A DNA stretch of 11,992 nt from Thermoplasmatota archaeon (GCA_965234725.1 CBDDUX010000107.1:1-11992); one strand, 5' to 3'. Shown: positions 1 through 6,797, numbered from the stretch's first letter. The notes: generated by a model not told the origin, from the sequence alone. Numbers and translations are program-made.

Positions 1-349
1 TGGTCTCCTCGGCCAAGGTAGGTGTTGACATAGATTTCTTCGGGTTTGGCACTCTTTTGAAGAATACACCTTTATACTTCAGATAAGAGTAGATCGCCTT
101 GAACTCTGAAACGATGTATGATGGGGTTCTACCCTTTCTCTGTTCCTCCTTCGCAAACTCCATCATCTTGTCATATCGATCCTCGGTACTTAGTTCAATA
201 ATGCTCTGAGGTGTCTCGTTCATCCAATCAAGAATGGCGGATACTCTCCTGATATATGTGGTGGCAGTGACCTCCACTCCGGAGTAAACCATCTCCCCGT
301 ACCAGCCTTTGATATCCTTATCCTTCAGCATCTCTTCCACAATGGTCAT
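1..349 (-). CDS. Tyrosine recombinase / site-specific integrase, N-terminal (core-binding) part; partial, continues past the left edge
   Basis: Hand translation from ATG 349: MTIVEEMLKDKDIKGWYGEMVYSGVEVTATTYIRRVSAILDWMNETPQSIIELSTEDRYDKMMEFAKEEQRKGRTPSYIVSEFKAIYSYLKYKGVFFKRVPNPKKSMSTPTLAEET..., 116 codons with no stop. The pattern D..WY......TA..Y.RR....TP.....G...SYI....KA..S.L......TPTL.EE resembles the N-terminus of archaeal (Thermoplasmata/Nitrososphaeria-type) integrases as I recall them. The catalytic R-H-R-Y residues would lie outside the window. It is adjacent to an att-like site. Confidence 0.75.
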   Translation of the reverse strand, partial: MTIVEEMLKDKDIKGWYGEMVYSGVEVTATTYIRRVSAILDWMNETPQSIIELSTEDRYDKMMEFAKEEQRKGRTPSYIVSEFKAIYSYLKYKGVFFKRVPNPKKSMSTPTLAEET

Positions 350-370
350 AAGGTGGGTGATGGGCCCCTT

Positions 371-380
371 CTATATATGA
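371..380 (-). promoter_or_regulatory. Candidate archaeal TATA box for a leaderless integrase transcript
   Basis: Minus strand reads TCATATATAG, ending about 22 nt before the ATG at 349. There is no SD-like sequence between the two. Confidence 0.4.
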
Positions 381-409
381 ATTGCTATGGCCCGTGCAAG
401 AAGTTGTAT

Positions 410-427
410 AAGTCCGGACGGGCCCAC
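410..427 (+). repeat. att-like site, copy 1: tRNA 3'-end fragment AAGT-CCGGA-CGGGCCC-A-C (13-bp core at 415-427)
   Basis: Parses as tRNA positions 57-74: T-loop 3' half AAGT, T-stem strand CCGGA, acceptor strand CGGGCCC, discriminator A, first C of CCA. No 5' tRNA body lies upstream. It sits 60 bp from the integrase start, and its core is repeated at 1984-1996. Confidence 0.7.
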
Positions 428-436
428 AAATTTTGT

Positions 437-1048
437 TTATATATCTAATATCCTGACCGTGAATTCCCTTGTCTTTCTGTCGAATCTTTTCGAAAGATCA
501 AGAGCCTTCTTTCCATCTAGCTCCTCAATATACATGTCATCGATTAATGAAAGTATTACATTCTCCTTTGCATACCGATTTCTCGTGATCCTGACATAGA
601 TCAGATCAAGCAGAGCCTTCTCTGGTTCAGCAACCTGGACCGTTCCCTCAATTTTAAATCCCCAAAACAGGGACCTTTTGATCTGATGGTATTCAAAGAT
701 ATCGTCGTCACTTCGGTAAGTATGTGGAAGCTTTGTCGTTACCATCGTATAGGTGTGAACATCCTGACTCAGGATGCCATGCCTGGAAAGAGCATACTCC
801 ATGGAAAGATAGCTAGGAGCCCTGAGAACCATAGATAATTCCTCGGAATTTGGTGTATTGAAGGGATTTTTGTACCAGCCTTTGATCGGATTCTCAACCA
901 ATCCAGACCTTGACAATCTTGAGAGTTGAACGGAAATGGTTGACGTATTCTCACCGGTCAGGACCTTGATATCGTTCAATGAGAAGATCTTCTTGATGGG
1001 ATGTTCCCTGAAGAAATCCATCCATTCATTGACCTTCAATGTCATCAC
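437..1048 (-). CDS. abiEi: Type IV toxin-antitoxin system AbiEi-family antitoxin (N-terminal winged HTH)
   Basis: wHTH-like N-terminus (FSLNDIKVLTG...LSRLSRSGLVENPIKGWY) and family motifs PSYLSMEYALSRHGILSQ and VAEPEKALLDLIY. Overlaps the abiEii stop. The start is uncertain: GTG 1048, ATG 1045, or TTG 1039 (well spaced after the SD-like GGAGAGTGA). Confidence 0.9.
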   Translation of the reverse strand: MMTLKVNEWMDFFREHPIKKIFSLNDIKVLTGENTSTISVQLSRLSRSGLVENPIKGWYKNPFNTPNSEELSMVLRAPSYLSMEYALSRHGILSQDVHTYTMVTTKLPHTYRSDDDIFEYHQIKRSLFWGFKIEGTVQVAEPEKALLDLIYVRITRNRYAKENVILSLIDDMYIEELDGKKALDLSKRFDRKTREFTVRILDI

Positions 1049-1859
1049 TCTCCATGGGTCCTTTGAATCCAGAAATGAGTTCGATCACGGAAATAAGGAT
1101 GTCATTGTAAATCGGCCTGTAACTATCAAGAACCTGTTTTGGAAGGAACCGGTCCATTTCATTGGAGAGGATCGAGATACCATCTACCTGGATCTTCTTT
1201 TTGATCTTTTCATATCTAACCACGATCTCATTGACATTTTCATTGTAATCATCGATCTTCTTAATAACAAGACCCATATCCAATTCTACTGATCTCTCTG
1301 AATTCAGGAAATAAATGTCCCAGAGGTCCCTACCTTTCAGGAAGGGCCTGTAACCAAGAGCTCGAACTTTATCTGCAAGGATCTCCTCTTCGTCCTCAAC
1401 TCTCACAGCTGGTTGATAGGGGGGGAAATTTAGGATCTTCGGACTATTTTTATATGAAGGTACATCTGCGATCTCGATATGGACCCTAATGTTCTGCCTG
1501 GGATCCTCGGAAATGGTCTTCAATATGTATCTCTGTAGTTCATGTTCATTCTTCTGAACCTTCACTTTCACATTCTGCAGGAAGGGAAATGTATCAAGAC
1601 AGGTCCGTTCCATAGTGGCCATGTATTTTGACAGATCAAAGTAATCAATTCCTTCTTTCAATACAAGATCAATATCTTCTGAGAACCGTGGATTGCCATG
1701 GAATAATCTAAGAGCGGTTCCACCATGAAATACGATATCATCAAAGCATCCATTTCTAGATAAGGATGTTAGTATCGCTTTTTGCATCTCTTCTTGATAT
1801 ACACTCTTGACACGCGCATCCAACATCCTGGCCAACGCTTCGATCTCAGCCCATTCCAT
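1026..1859 (-). CDS. abiEii: AbiEii/AbiGii-family nucleotidyltransferase toxin (DUF1814, Pol beta superfamily)
   Basis: Motifs VFHGGTALRLFHGNPRFSEDIDL (GGT...R.S.D.D), EILADKVRAL and KGRDLWDIYFL. SD-like GAAGTGA 5 nt before the ATG. Confidence 0.93.
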   Translation of the reverse strand: MEWAEIEALARMLDARVKSVYQEEMQKAILTSLSRNGCFDDIVFHGGTALRLFHGNPRFSEDIDLVLKEGIDYFDLSKYMATMERTCLDTFPFLQNVKVKVQKNEHELQRYILKTISEDPRQNIRVHIEIADVPSYKNSPKILNFPPYQPAVRVEDEEEILADKVRALGYRPFLKGRDLWDIYFLNSERSVELDMGLVIKKIDDYNENVNEIVVRYEKIKKKIQVDGISILSNEMDRFLPKQVLDSYRPIYNDILISVIELISGFKGPMESDDIEGQ

Positions 1860-1983
1860 TCATATCACTTCATTTTATTAACAAATATGCATAAGATATC
1901 AAGTCATATATCAACGTTTTGGTTCCATTGCTCAGCAACCATGTAAAGAACGAGGCGATACAACAGGACCATTAATGCGGACT

Positions 1984-1996
1984 CGGACGGGCCCAC
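1984..1996 (+). repeat. att-like site, copy 2 (CGGACGGGCCCAC)
   Basis: Identical to 415-427. It is 11/13 GC within an AT-rich intergenic region between divergent genes. Confidence 0.65.
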
Positions 1997-2063
1997 TATG
2001 AATATTCTAACTTTCACACACCCGTAAAAAATTACTATTATCTTCAAACAATAGTTGAATAAC

Positions 2064-4298
2064 ATGAGAAGGACCTTGCTTGTTTTATCAATCGTTATTA
2101 TCTTCCTTTCCTCATCGATTCCAGGTTGCTTGAAGAAGGCAGATGACGAGGGGGAAATCGTTGAGGATACTTTCATTTTCGAACTCGATGAAAAGAATAT
2201 CGAGGTCCGATTCTCGGTCTCGGATGGTATGATAAGGACCTATGAAAAAGGTGAATGGAAGGAGGTCCTTGTAAAGGGTGTAAATCTCGGGATGGGAAAA
2301 CCAGGATACTTTCCGGGAGAAGCGGCAATTACAAAGGATGAATATGCAAGATGGATAGAACAGATAGGGGAAATGAATGCCAATACTATCAGGGTTTATA
2401 CAATACACCCCCCCGGTTTCTACGAAGCTCTTAATGAATATAATGAGAGATCAATGGATCCAATATACTTGATTCATGGAGTATGGTTGAATGATGAGAC
2501 ATATCATTCTCATCCTTCAGTATTCGAGGATACCATTGAAAATGAGTTCAAGGACTCCATGAAATTAGTGGCCGATGTAGTACATGGAAACGTCGTTATC
2601 GAGAAAGAACCGGGTCATTCCCACGGACAATTTACCGCTGATGTCTCGAAATATCTTATGGGATACATTATCGGAGTGGAATGGGATCCTATTGTTGTAT
2701 CAACAACCAATGATCTTGAAGAAGGTCACATTGATCAGCATGGTAAATACCTTGATACCAACAATGCGTCTCCATTCGAGATCTGGCTTGGAGGTATGAT
2801 GGAGCATATCATCGATTATGAAACAGATGAATATGGACAACAAAGACCTGTCAGTTTCGTCAACTGGGTAACCACCGATAAACTCAGCCACCCTAGTGAA
2901 CCACTGCAGGATGAAGACCTTGTATCCATCGATCCGGATAGGATAACATCCACAGAGGACCATTTTCCAGGCCTTTTCGGGTCCTATCAAATCTATCCCT
3001 ACTATCCTGATCTCTTGAATTACGACAGGAATTACACCAATTATATTGATCATAGAGGTGAAAGGAACAGTTATGCCGGATATCTGAACGATCTGAGATC
3101 ATCGCATGATATTCCACTCCTGGTAGCAGAGTTCGGGATCCCATCATCAAGGGGAATGACGCACAGGAATGTCAACGGATTGAACCAGGGGAATATGACC
3201 GAAGATCAGCAAGGGGAAGCCCTTGTCCACATGTTCGAAGATATCATCCATGAAGATTATGCAGGTGGCATCCTATTCTCCTGGCAGGACGAATGGTTCA
3301 AGAGGACCTGGAACACCATGGACCTGATGGACCCTGACAGGAGACCCTACTGGCATGATGTTCAGACATGCGAGCAGAACTTCGGATTGCTCTCCTTTGA
3401 CCCAGGTGGCTCAACAAGAATATTGATAGACGGCAGATCGGATGATTGGTACGGATTGCCATCCGATGAAAGGACCTTTGGAGATATCGACCAAGGTCCT
3501 GCAAGCAGGTTAATGATAACAAGCGATGAGACCTATCTATACATAGGTATGGAGTTTCAAGATGGGTCCATTGACTGGGAGGAGGAATCGTTCCATATCT
3601 ATCTCGATACGGTGGATGGAATGGGTATAACAACACCGAATGATGATAAGATATACTTCTCATCTGGAATGGAATTCCGGATTGATATCCAGGATCGTGA
3701 TGGGTCCAAAATAATGGTGGACAGCCATTATGATATGTTTTACTATCAGTATGCAGAAGAACTGTCCATGATGGATGAACTTGAATACCCAAAGCAACCC
3801 GATAACGGGATCTTTCATGATATCCACTACTGTGTCAACAAGCCGACATACCTGCCTGAGCAGGAGGTCCTTCTACCGCTGGACAAGTTCGATACCGGTC
3901 ATCTGAAATGGGGAAATTCGGATCCAATATCTCCGTATTATGATTCCAATGCGGATATACTTGGACCAGGAGAGGACCCTATCATCGAAATGAGGATACC
4001 ATGGCTGCTTCTTAATTTCAAGGATCCTTCCCGGAGGATGATAACAGGAGATATCTGGACCGACGGGTTGAAGGCAGAGGTCAAAAAAGATGGCATTAAA
4101 TTCGCTCTGGTGACGCATACCAAAGAAGAAGGAAAAATTTTGATAAGTTCTACCTTTCCCGAGAGGAAAAACGATCAGATCGGATCGGATGACATGCTGC
4201 TTCATTCCTGGGAGGAATGGGACCTGCCAATTTATCATGAAAGACTGAAGACATCTTACAATATTGTCAAGGACTGTTTAGCTGATCAACCTCGTTGA
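2064..4298 (+). CDS. Lipoprotein with a putative clan GH-A (beta/alpha)8 glycoside hydrolase domain and a C-terminal beta-sandwich (CBM9/DOMON-like) domain
   Basis: MRRTLLVLSIVIIFLSSSIPG-C is a signal peptide with a lipobox-like Cys. Barrel motifs: KGVNLG, ANTIRVYT, IIGVEW (candidate acid/base Glu), LLVAEFG (candidate nucleophile), GGILFSWQDEW, EQNFGL. IDGRSDDW...SDETYLYIG marks the sandwich domain. The ORF track starts at TTG 2055; ATG 2064 is preferred. Substrate unknown. Confidence 0.72.
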   Translation: MRRTLLVLSIVIIFLSSSIPGCLKKADDEGEIVEDTFIFELDEKNIEVRFSVSDGMIRTYEKGEWKEVLVKGVNLGMGKPGYFPGEAAITKDEYARWIEQIGEMNANTIRVYTIHPPGFYEALNEYNERSMDPIYLIHGVWLNDETYHSHPSVFEDTIENEFKDSMKLVADVVHGNVVIEKEPGHSHGQFTADVSKYLMGYIIGVEWDPIVVSTTNDLEEGHIDQHGKYLDTNNASPFEIWLGGMMEHIIDYETDEYGQQRPVSFVNWVTTDKLSHPSEPLQDEDLVSIDPDRITSTEDHFPGLFGSYQIYPYYPDLLNYDRNYTNYIDHRGERNSYAGYLNDLRSSHDIPLLVAEFGIPSSRGMTHRNVNGLNQGNMTEDQQGEALVHMFEDIIHEDYAGGILFSWQDEWFKRTWNTMDLMDPDRRPYWHDVQTCEQNFGLLSFDPGGSTRILIDGRSDDWYGLPSDERTFGDIDQGPASRLMITSDETYLYIGMEFQDGSIDWEEESFHIYLDTVDGMGITTPNDDKIYFSSGMEFRIDIQDRDGSKIMVDSHYDMFYYQYAEELSMMDELEYPKQPDNGIFHDIHYCVNKPTYLPEQEVLLPLDKFDTGHLKWGNSDPISPYYDSNADILGPGEDPIIEMRIPWLLLNFKDPSRRMITGDIWTDGLKAEVKKDGIKFALVTHTKEEGKILISSTFPERKNDQIGSDDMLLHSWEEWDLPIYHERLKTSYNIVKDCLADQPR

Positions 4299-4420
4299 TC
4301 GAAAAAATAAGAAACCCGTAATAAGCAGACATAATTGATCTCCATTGGATCACCCTTCTTGTCTTATCTTCCGATAAAGGTATTTACCCAACCTGCATTG
4401 CTTTTCATAGGAGATCGTCC

Positions 4421-6205
4421 ATGGAGAACAGACACCTTGGCCGAATGATCCTTGAAAAAGGAACAGAGTTCCCGGATCATCCCACAATGAAATGGAAGGA
4501 AAATGGTGAATGGAGGTCCATTTCCTACTCTGAACTCTCAAGAAGGATCCTGAATATCGCTTCCAGTTTGAAGAAACTGGGGATAGAACATGGGGATCGG
4601 GTAGGAATATTCTCTGATAATCGACCTGAATGGTCCATAGGGGATTTCGCGATACTCGCAATAGGAGGGACTACGGTTCCCATATATGCCACAAGCACCT
4701 CAGATCAGGCTGGTTATATCGTTAAAGACTCTGGTTGCAAGGCGATAATGATAGGATCCAGGCAGCAGTATGATGATATCTTCCATTTCAGAAAGGAACA
4801 GGACCTGATCGTGATATCGTTCGAGGAAGAACCCTCACCCGGTACCATCCCATTTAATGACCTCTGGAATAAGGATACCAATGACAAGGATCTCATGAAT
4901 CTGAAAAAGGAACTTTCCGGTTTTGGGTCAGAAGAGCTGGCAACGATAATCTATACATCTGGTACAACCGGTGAACCAAAAGGGGCCATGCTGACACATT
5001 CCAACCTATTCCACCAGATAGATACTGTGGATGCCTATTTCGATGTGGGACCGGAAGACAGGTCCCTCTGTTTCCTTCCTCTCTCCCATGTTTTCGAAAG
5101 GTCCTGGTCCTATTTTATATTCCATTCAGGTGCCGTTAACCACTACATGGAGGATCACAAACTGGTGAGAGAATACATGGAAGAGGTCAAACCCACGGTG
5201 ATGGTCTCTGTTCCCAGACTCTTCGAGAAGATCTATTCCGGTGCCAACGAAAAATTGAGGAAGGCCTCTCCCCTTAAAAAGATCATGTTCAGGTGGTCCA
5301 TGGGTGTCGGAAAGGAATATCATACCATGAGAACCGAGGGAAAGGAACCAGGGTCCATCCTTTCCTTGAAATACAAGCTTGCTGACAGACTTGTCCTTTC
5401 AAAGCTAAGAACGATCGTGGGAGGGGATAAGAAGTTCTTCGCATCGGGTGGAGCACCACTGTTGAAGGAGATCGGAGAGTTCTTCCTTTCAGCAGGGGTC
5501 CTTGTCTGTGAGGGATACGGCCTGACCGAGACCTCGCCGATCATATCCTTCAACAGGCCCACCGATATCAGGTTCGGAACCGTCGGAAAAACCGCTCCAC
5601 TGGTAGAGGTGAAACTGGGAAAGAACAATGAGATCCTGGTGAAAGGACCCAATGTGATGAAAGGATACTGGAACAAATCCGAATTGACAGAGGAAGCATT
5701 TATCGATGGATGGTTCAGAACTGGAGATGTCGGAGAGTTCGATGATAAAGGGTTTCTAAAGATCACCGATAGGATAAAGGACATTATAATCACCTCGAAT
5801 GGAAAGAACATAGCCAGACAAAGAGTGGAGCTTATGATCGGAAAGGACCATTATATAGAGCAGATCATGGCGATAGGGAACAACAGACAGTTCCTTTCTG
5901 CTCTTGTTGTTCCATACTTCGAAGCGCTTGAGGAATATGCAAAGGAAAAAGGTATCTCTTTTACTTCCAGAGATATGTTAGTTAAGAAAAAAGAGATCAT
6001 CGAGTTCTATAAAAATAGGATAGATGCGGTCCAGAAGGACCTTGCCCATTTCGAACAGATCAAGAAATTCACACTACTGTCTGAAGAATTTTCCCAGGCA
6101 GCTGGAGAGATAACACCTACCCTGAAGAACAAGAGAAGAGTGATCATGAAAAGGTATGGTGACCTGATCGAGAATATGTATTCATCTTCCTCAGCTTCAA
6201 ATTGA
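4421..6205 (+). CDS. fadD: Long-chain-fatty-acid--CoA ligase (AMP-forming, FAA1/FadD15 type)
   Basis: P-loop IIYTSGTTGEPKG, FLPLSHVFER, EGYGLTETSP, GWFRTGDVG, ITDRIKD and C-terminal GEITPTLK. SD AGGAGA 6 nt upstream of the ATG. Confidence 0.93.
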   Translation: MENRHLGRMILEKGTEFPDHPTMKWKENGEWRSISYSELSRRILNIASSLKKLGIEHGDRVGIFSDNRPEWSIGDFAILAIGGTTVPIYATSTSDQAGYIVKDSGCKAIMIGSRQQYDDIFHFRKEQDLIVISFEEEPSPGTIPFNDLWNKDTNDKDLMNLKKELSGFGSEELATIIYTSGTTGEPKGAMLTHSNLFHQIDTVDAYFDVGPEDRSLCFLPLSHVFERSWSYFIFHSGAVNHYMEDHKLVREYMEEVKPTVMVSVPRLFEKIYSGANEKLRKASPLKKIMFRWSMGVGKEYHTMRTEGKEPGSILSLKYKLADRLVLSKLRTIVGGDKKFFASGGAPLLKEIGEFFLSAGVLVCEGYGLTETSPIISFNRPTDIRFGTVGKTAPLVEVKLGKNNEILVKGPNVMKGYWNKSELTEEAFIDGWFRTGDVGEFDDKGFLKITDRIKDIIITSNGKNIARQRVELMIGKDHYIEQIMAIGNNRQFLSALVVPYFEALEEYAKEKGISFTSRDMLVKKKEIIEFYKNRIDAVQKDLAHFEQIKKFTLLSEEFSQAAGEITPTLKNKRRVIMKRYGDLIENMYSSSSASN

Positions 6206-6218
6206 ATGATCTGAAAGA

Positions 6219-6488
6219 TCAGTACCAGATGGTTATCTTGTTCGGAATATGGTCGAGTAATGCACCTATATCAAGTTCTGAATTCTCGAATTCCAGAATA
6301 GGATGCTTGTAATGTCCGAATATCTGGAACTTGTCATCTATCTGGACCTCGACTTCCTTCCCGTGCATCAGTTCTTCGGGAACAGGGTTCATGCCTGATT
6401 GGAATTCAAGGTAATATTCGGAATCCTGATGACCATCTTCTAACTCTCTCTTCTTTGGATTATACACAACAGGATGATAAGGTTCCAA
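6219..6488 (-). CDS. Small acidic hypothetical protein (89 aa)
   Basis: Fills the gap without overlapping neighbours and converges on fadD with a 13-bp gap. SD-like GTGGTG precedes the TTG start. Composition is protein-like, with no motif I recognise. Confidence 0.65.
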   Translation of the reverse strand: MEPYHPVVYNPKKRELEDGHQDSEYYLEFQSGMNPVPEELMHGKEVEVQIDDKFQIFGHYKHPILEFENSELDIGALLDHIPNKITIWY

Positions 6489-6536
6489 TTCAACACCACT
6501 TGATACAATAATTCAATTGGTAAATAATAGTTACTA

Positions 6537-6702
6537 GGTTTTCTAGACTCCCTATCACAACAATTAAAGAAAATTTCATATTTCTATCAATATTGAAAAC
6601 CAGCACTCTGAGCAATATCTCTCGATTCTGATTTGATACCTACCTGGCCCGTACACTATCTCCCCTCTTTAGCTTGATAACAGAGTTAATGGTCTCGATC
6701 AT
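6537..6702 (-). pseudogene. IS5-family DDE transposase C-terminal fragment with an in-frame stop
   Basis: Minus strand from 6702 reads MIETINSVIKLKRGDSVRAR*VSNQNREILLRVLVFNIDR..., resembling the ET..S.IK...G..VRAR....Q.RE..L.....NI.R tail of archaeal IS5 transposases. The TAG is at 6642-6640. Confidence 0.78.
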
Positions 6703-6719
6703 AGGGTTTCTACAGAGCC
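6537..6719 (-). mobile_element. 183-bp internally deleted IS5-family remnant (MITE-like) with imperfect terminal inverted repeats
   Basis: Left end GGTTTTCTAGACTCCCTAT (6537-6555) matches the reverse complement of 6701-6719, GGCTCTGTAGAAACCCTAT, at 14/19 positions. GGCTCTGTAGAA is a typical end of archaeal IS5-family (IS903-like) elements. A transposase C-terminal fragment lies between the ends. No target-site duplication is visible. Confidence 0.75.
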
Positions 6720-6797
6720 GATCTTTGGTCATGTTCATATACAATAACTCGATTCATCTAAAGGGAATATACCAGTATCCTTTGATGAGGAGAAGAG

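Larger units (their letters stand above)
415..1996. mobile_element. Putative non-autonomous integrative cassette carrying only abiEii-abiEi, bounded by 13-bp direct repeats
   Basis: Perfect repeats CGGACGGGCCCAC at 415-427 and 1984-1996 (1569 bp apart) enclose just the TA pair and its upstream region. An integrase gene lies immediately outside. Confidence 0.55.

Noticed and set aside
361..430. Complete tRNA gene (GGGCCC...GGGCCCA ends)
   Set aside because: Only about 65 nt between the ends, with no D arm, anticodon arm or GTTC. Only the 3' fragment is tRNA-like.
387..1292. ORFs 387-599 (+), 769-954 (-) and 936-1292 (+)
   Set aside because: Shadow or alternative-frame ORFs over the well-supported abiEi/abiEii genes, with no motifs.
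1920..1999. tRNA gene ending at the second repeat
   Set aside because: Upstream sequence has no GGGCCCG 5' strand and no cloverleaf.
2064..4298. Glycosyltransferase family 2 call for the 747-aa ORF
   Set aside because: No GT-A/QxxRW motifs or multiple TM helices. It is an exported lipoprotein with TIM-barrel hydrolase motifs.
1904..4661. ORFs 1904-2176, 2112-2408, 2584-2799, 2700-3053, 2893-3150, 3298-3792, 3873-4238, 3938-4123 and 4350-4661
   Set aside because: Antisense or out-of-frame overlaps of the hydrolase and fadD genes, with atypical composition and no recognisable domains.
4714..5811. Minus-strand ORFs 4714-4896, 5126-5323 and 5320-5811
   Set aside because: Antisense shadows of fadD.
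6645..6652. TGGCCCGT, identical to 388-395, as a third att-related site
   Set aside because: Only 8 bp, and it is explained by the Arg-Ala-Arg codons of the transposase remnant on the minus strand.
6526..6730. Target-site duplication around the IS remnant
   Set aside because: The flanks (…TAGTTACTA and GATCTTTGG…) do not match.
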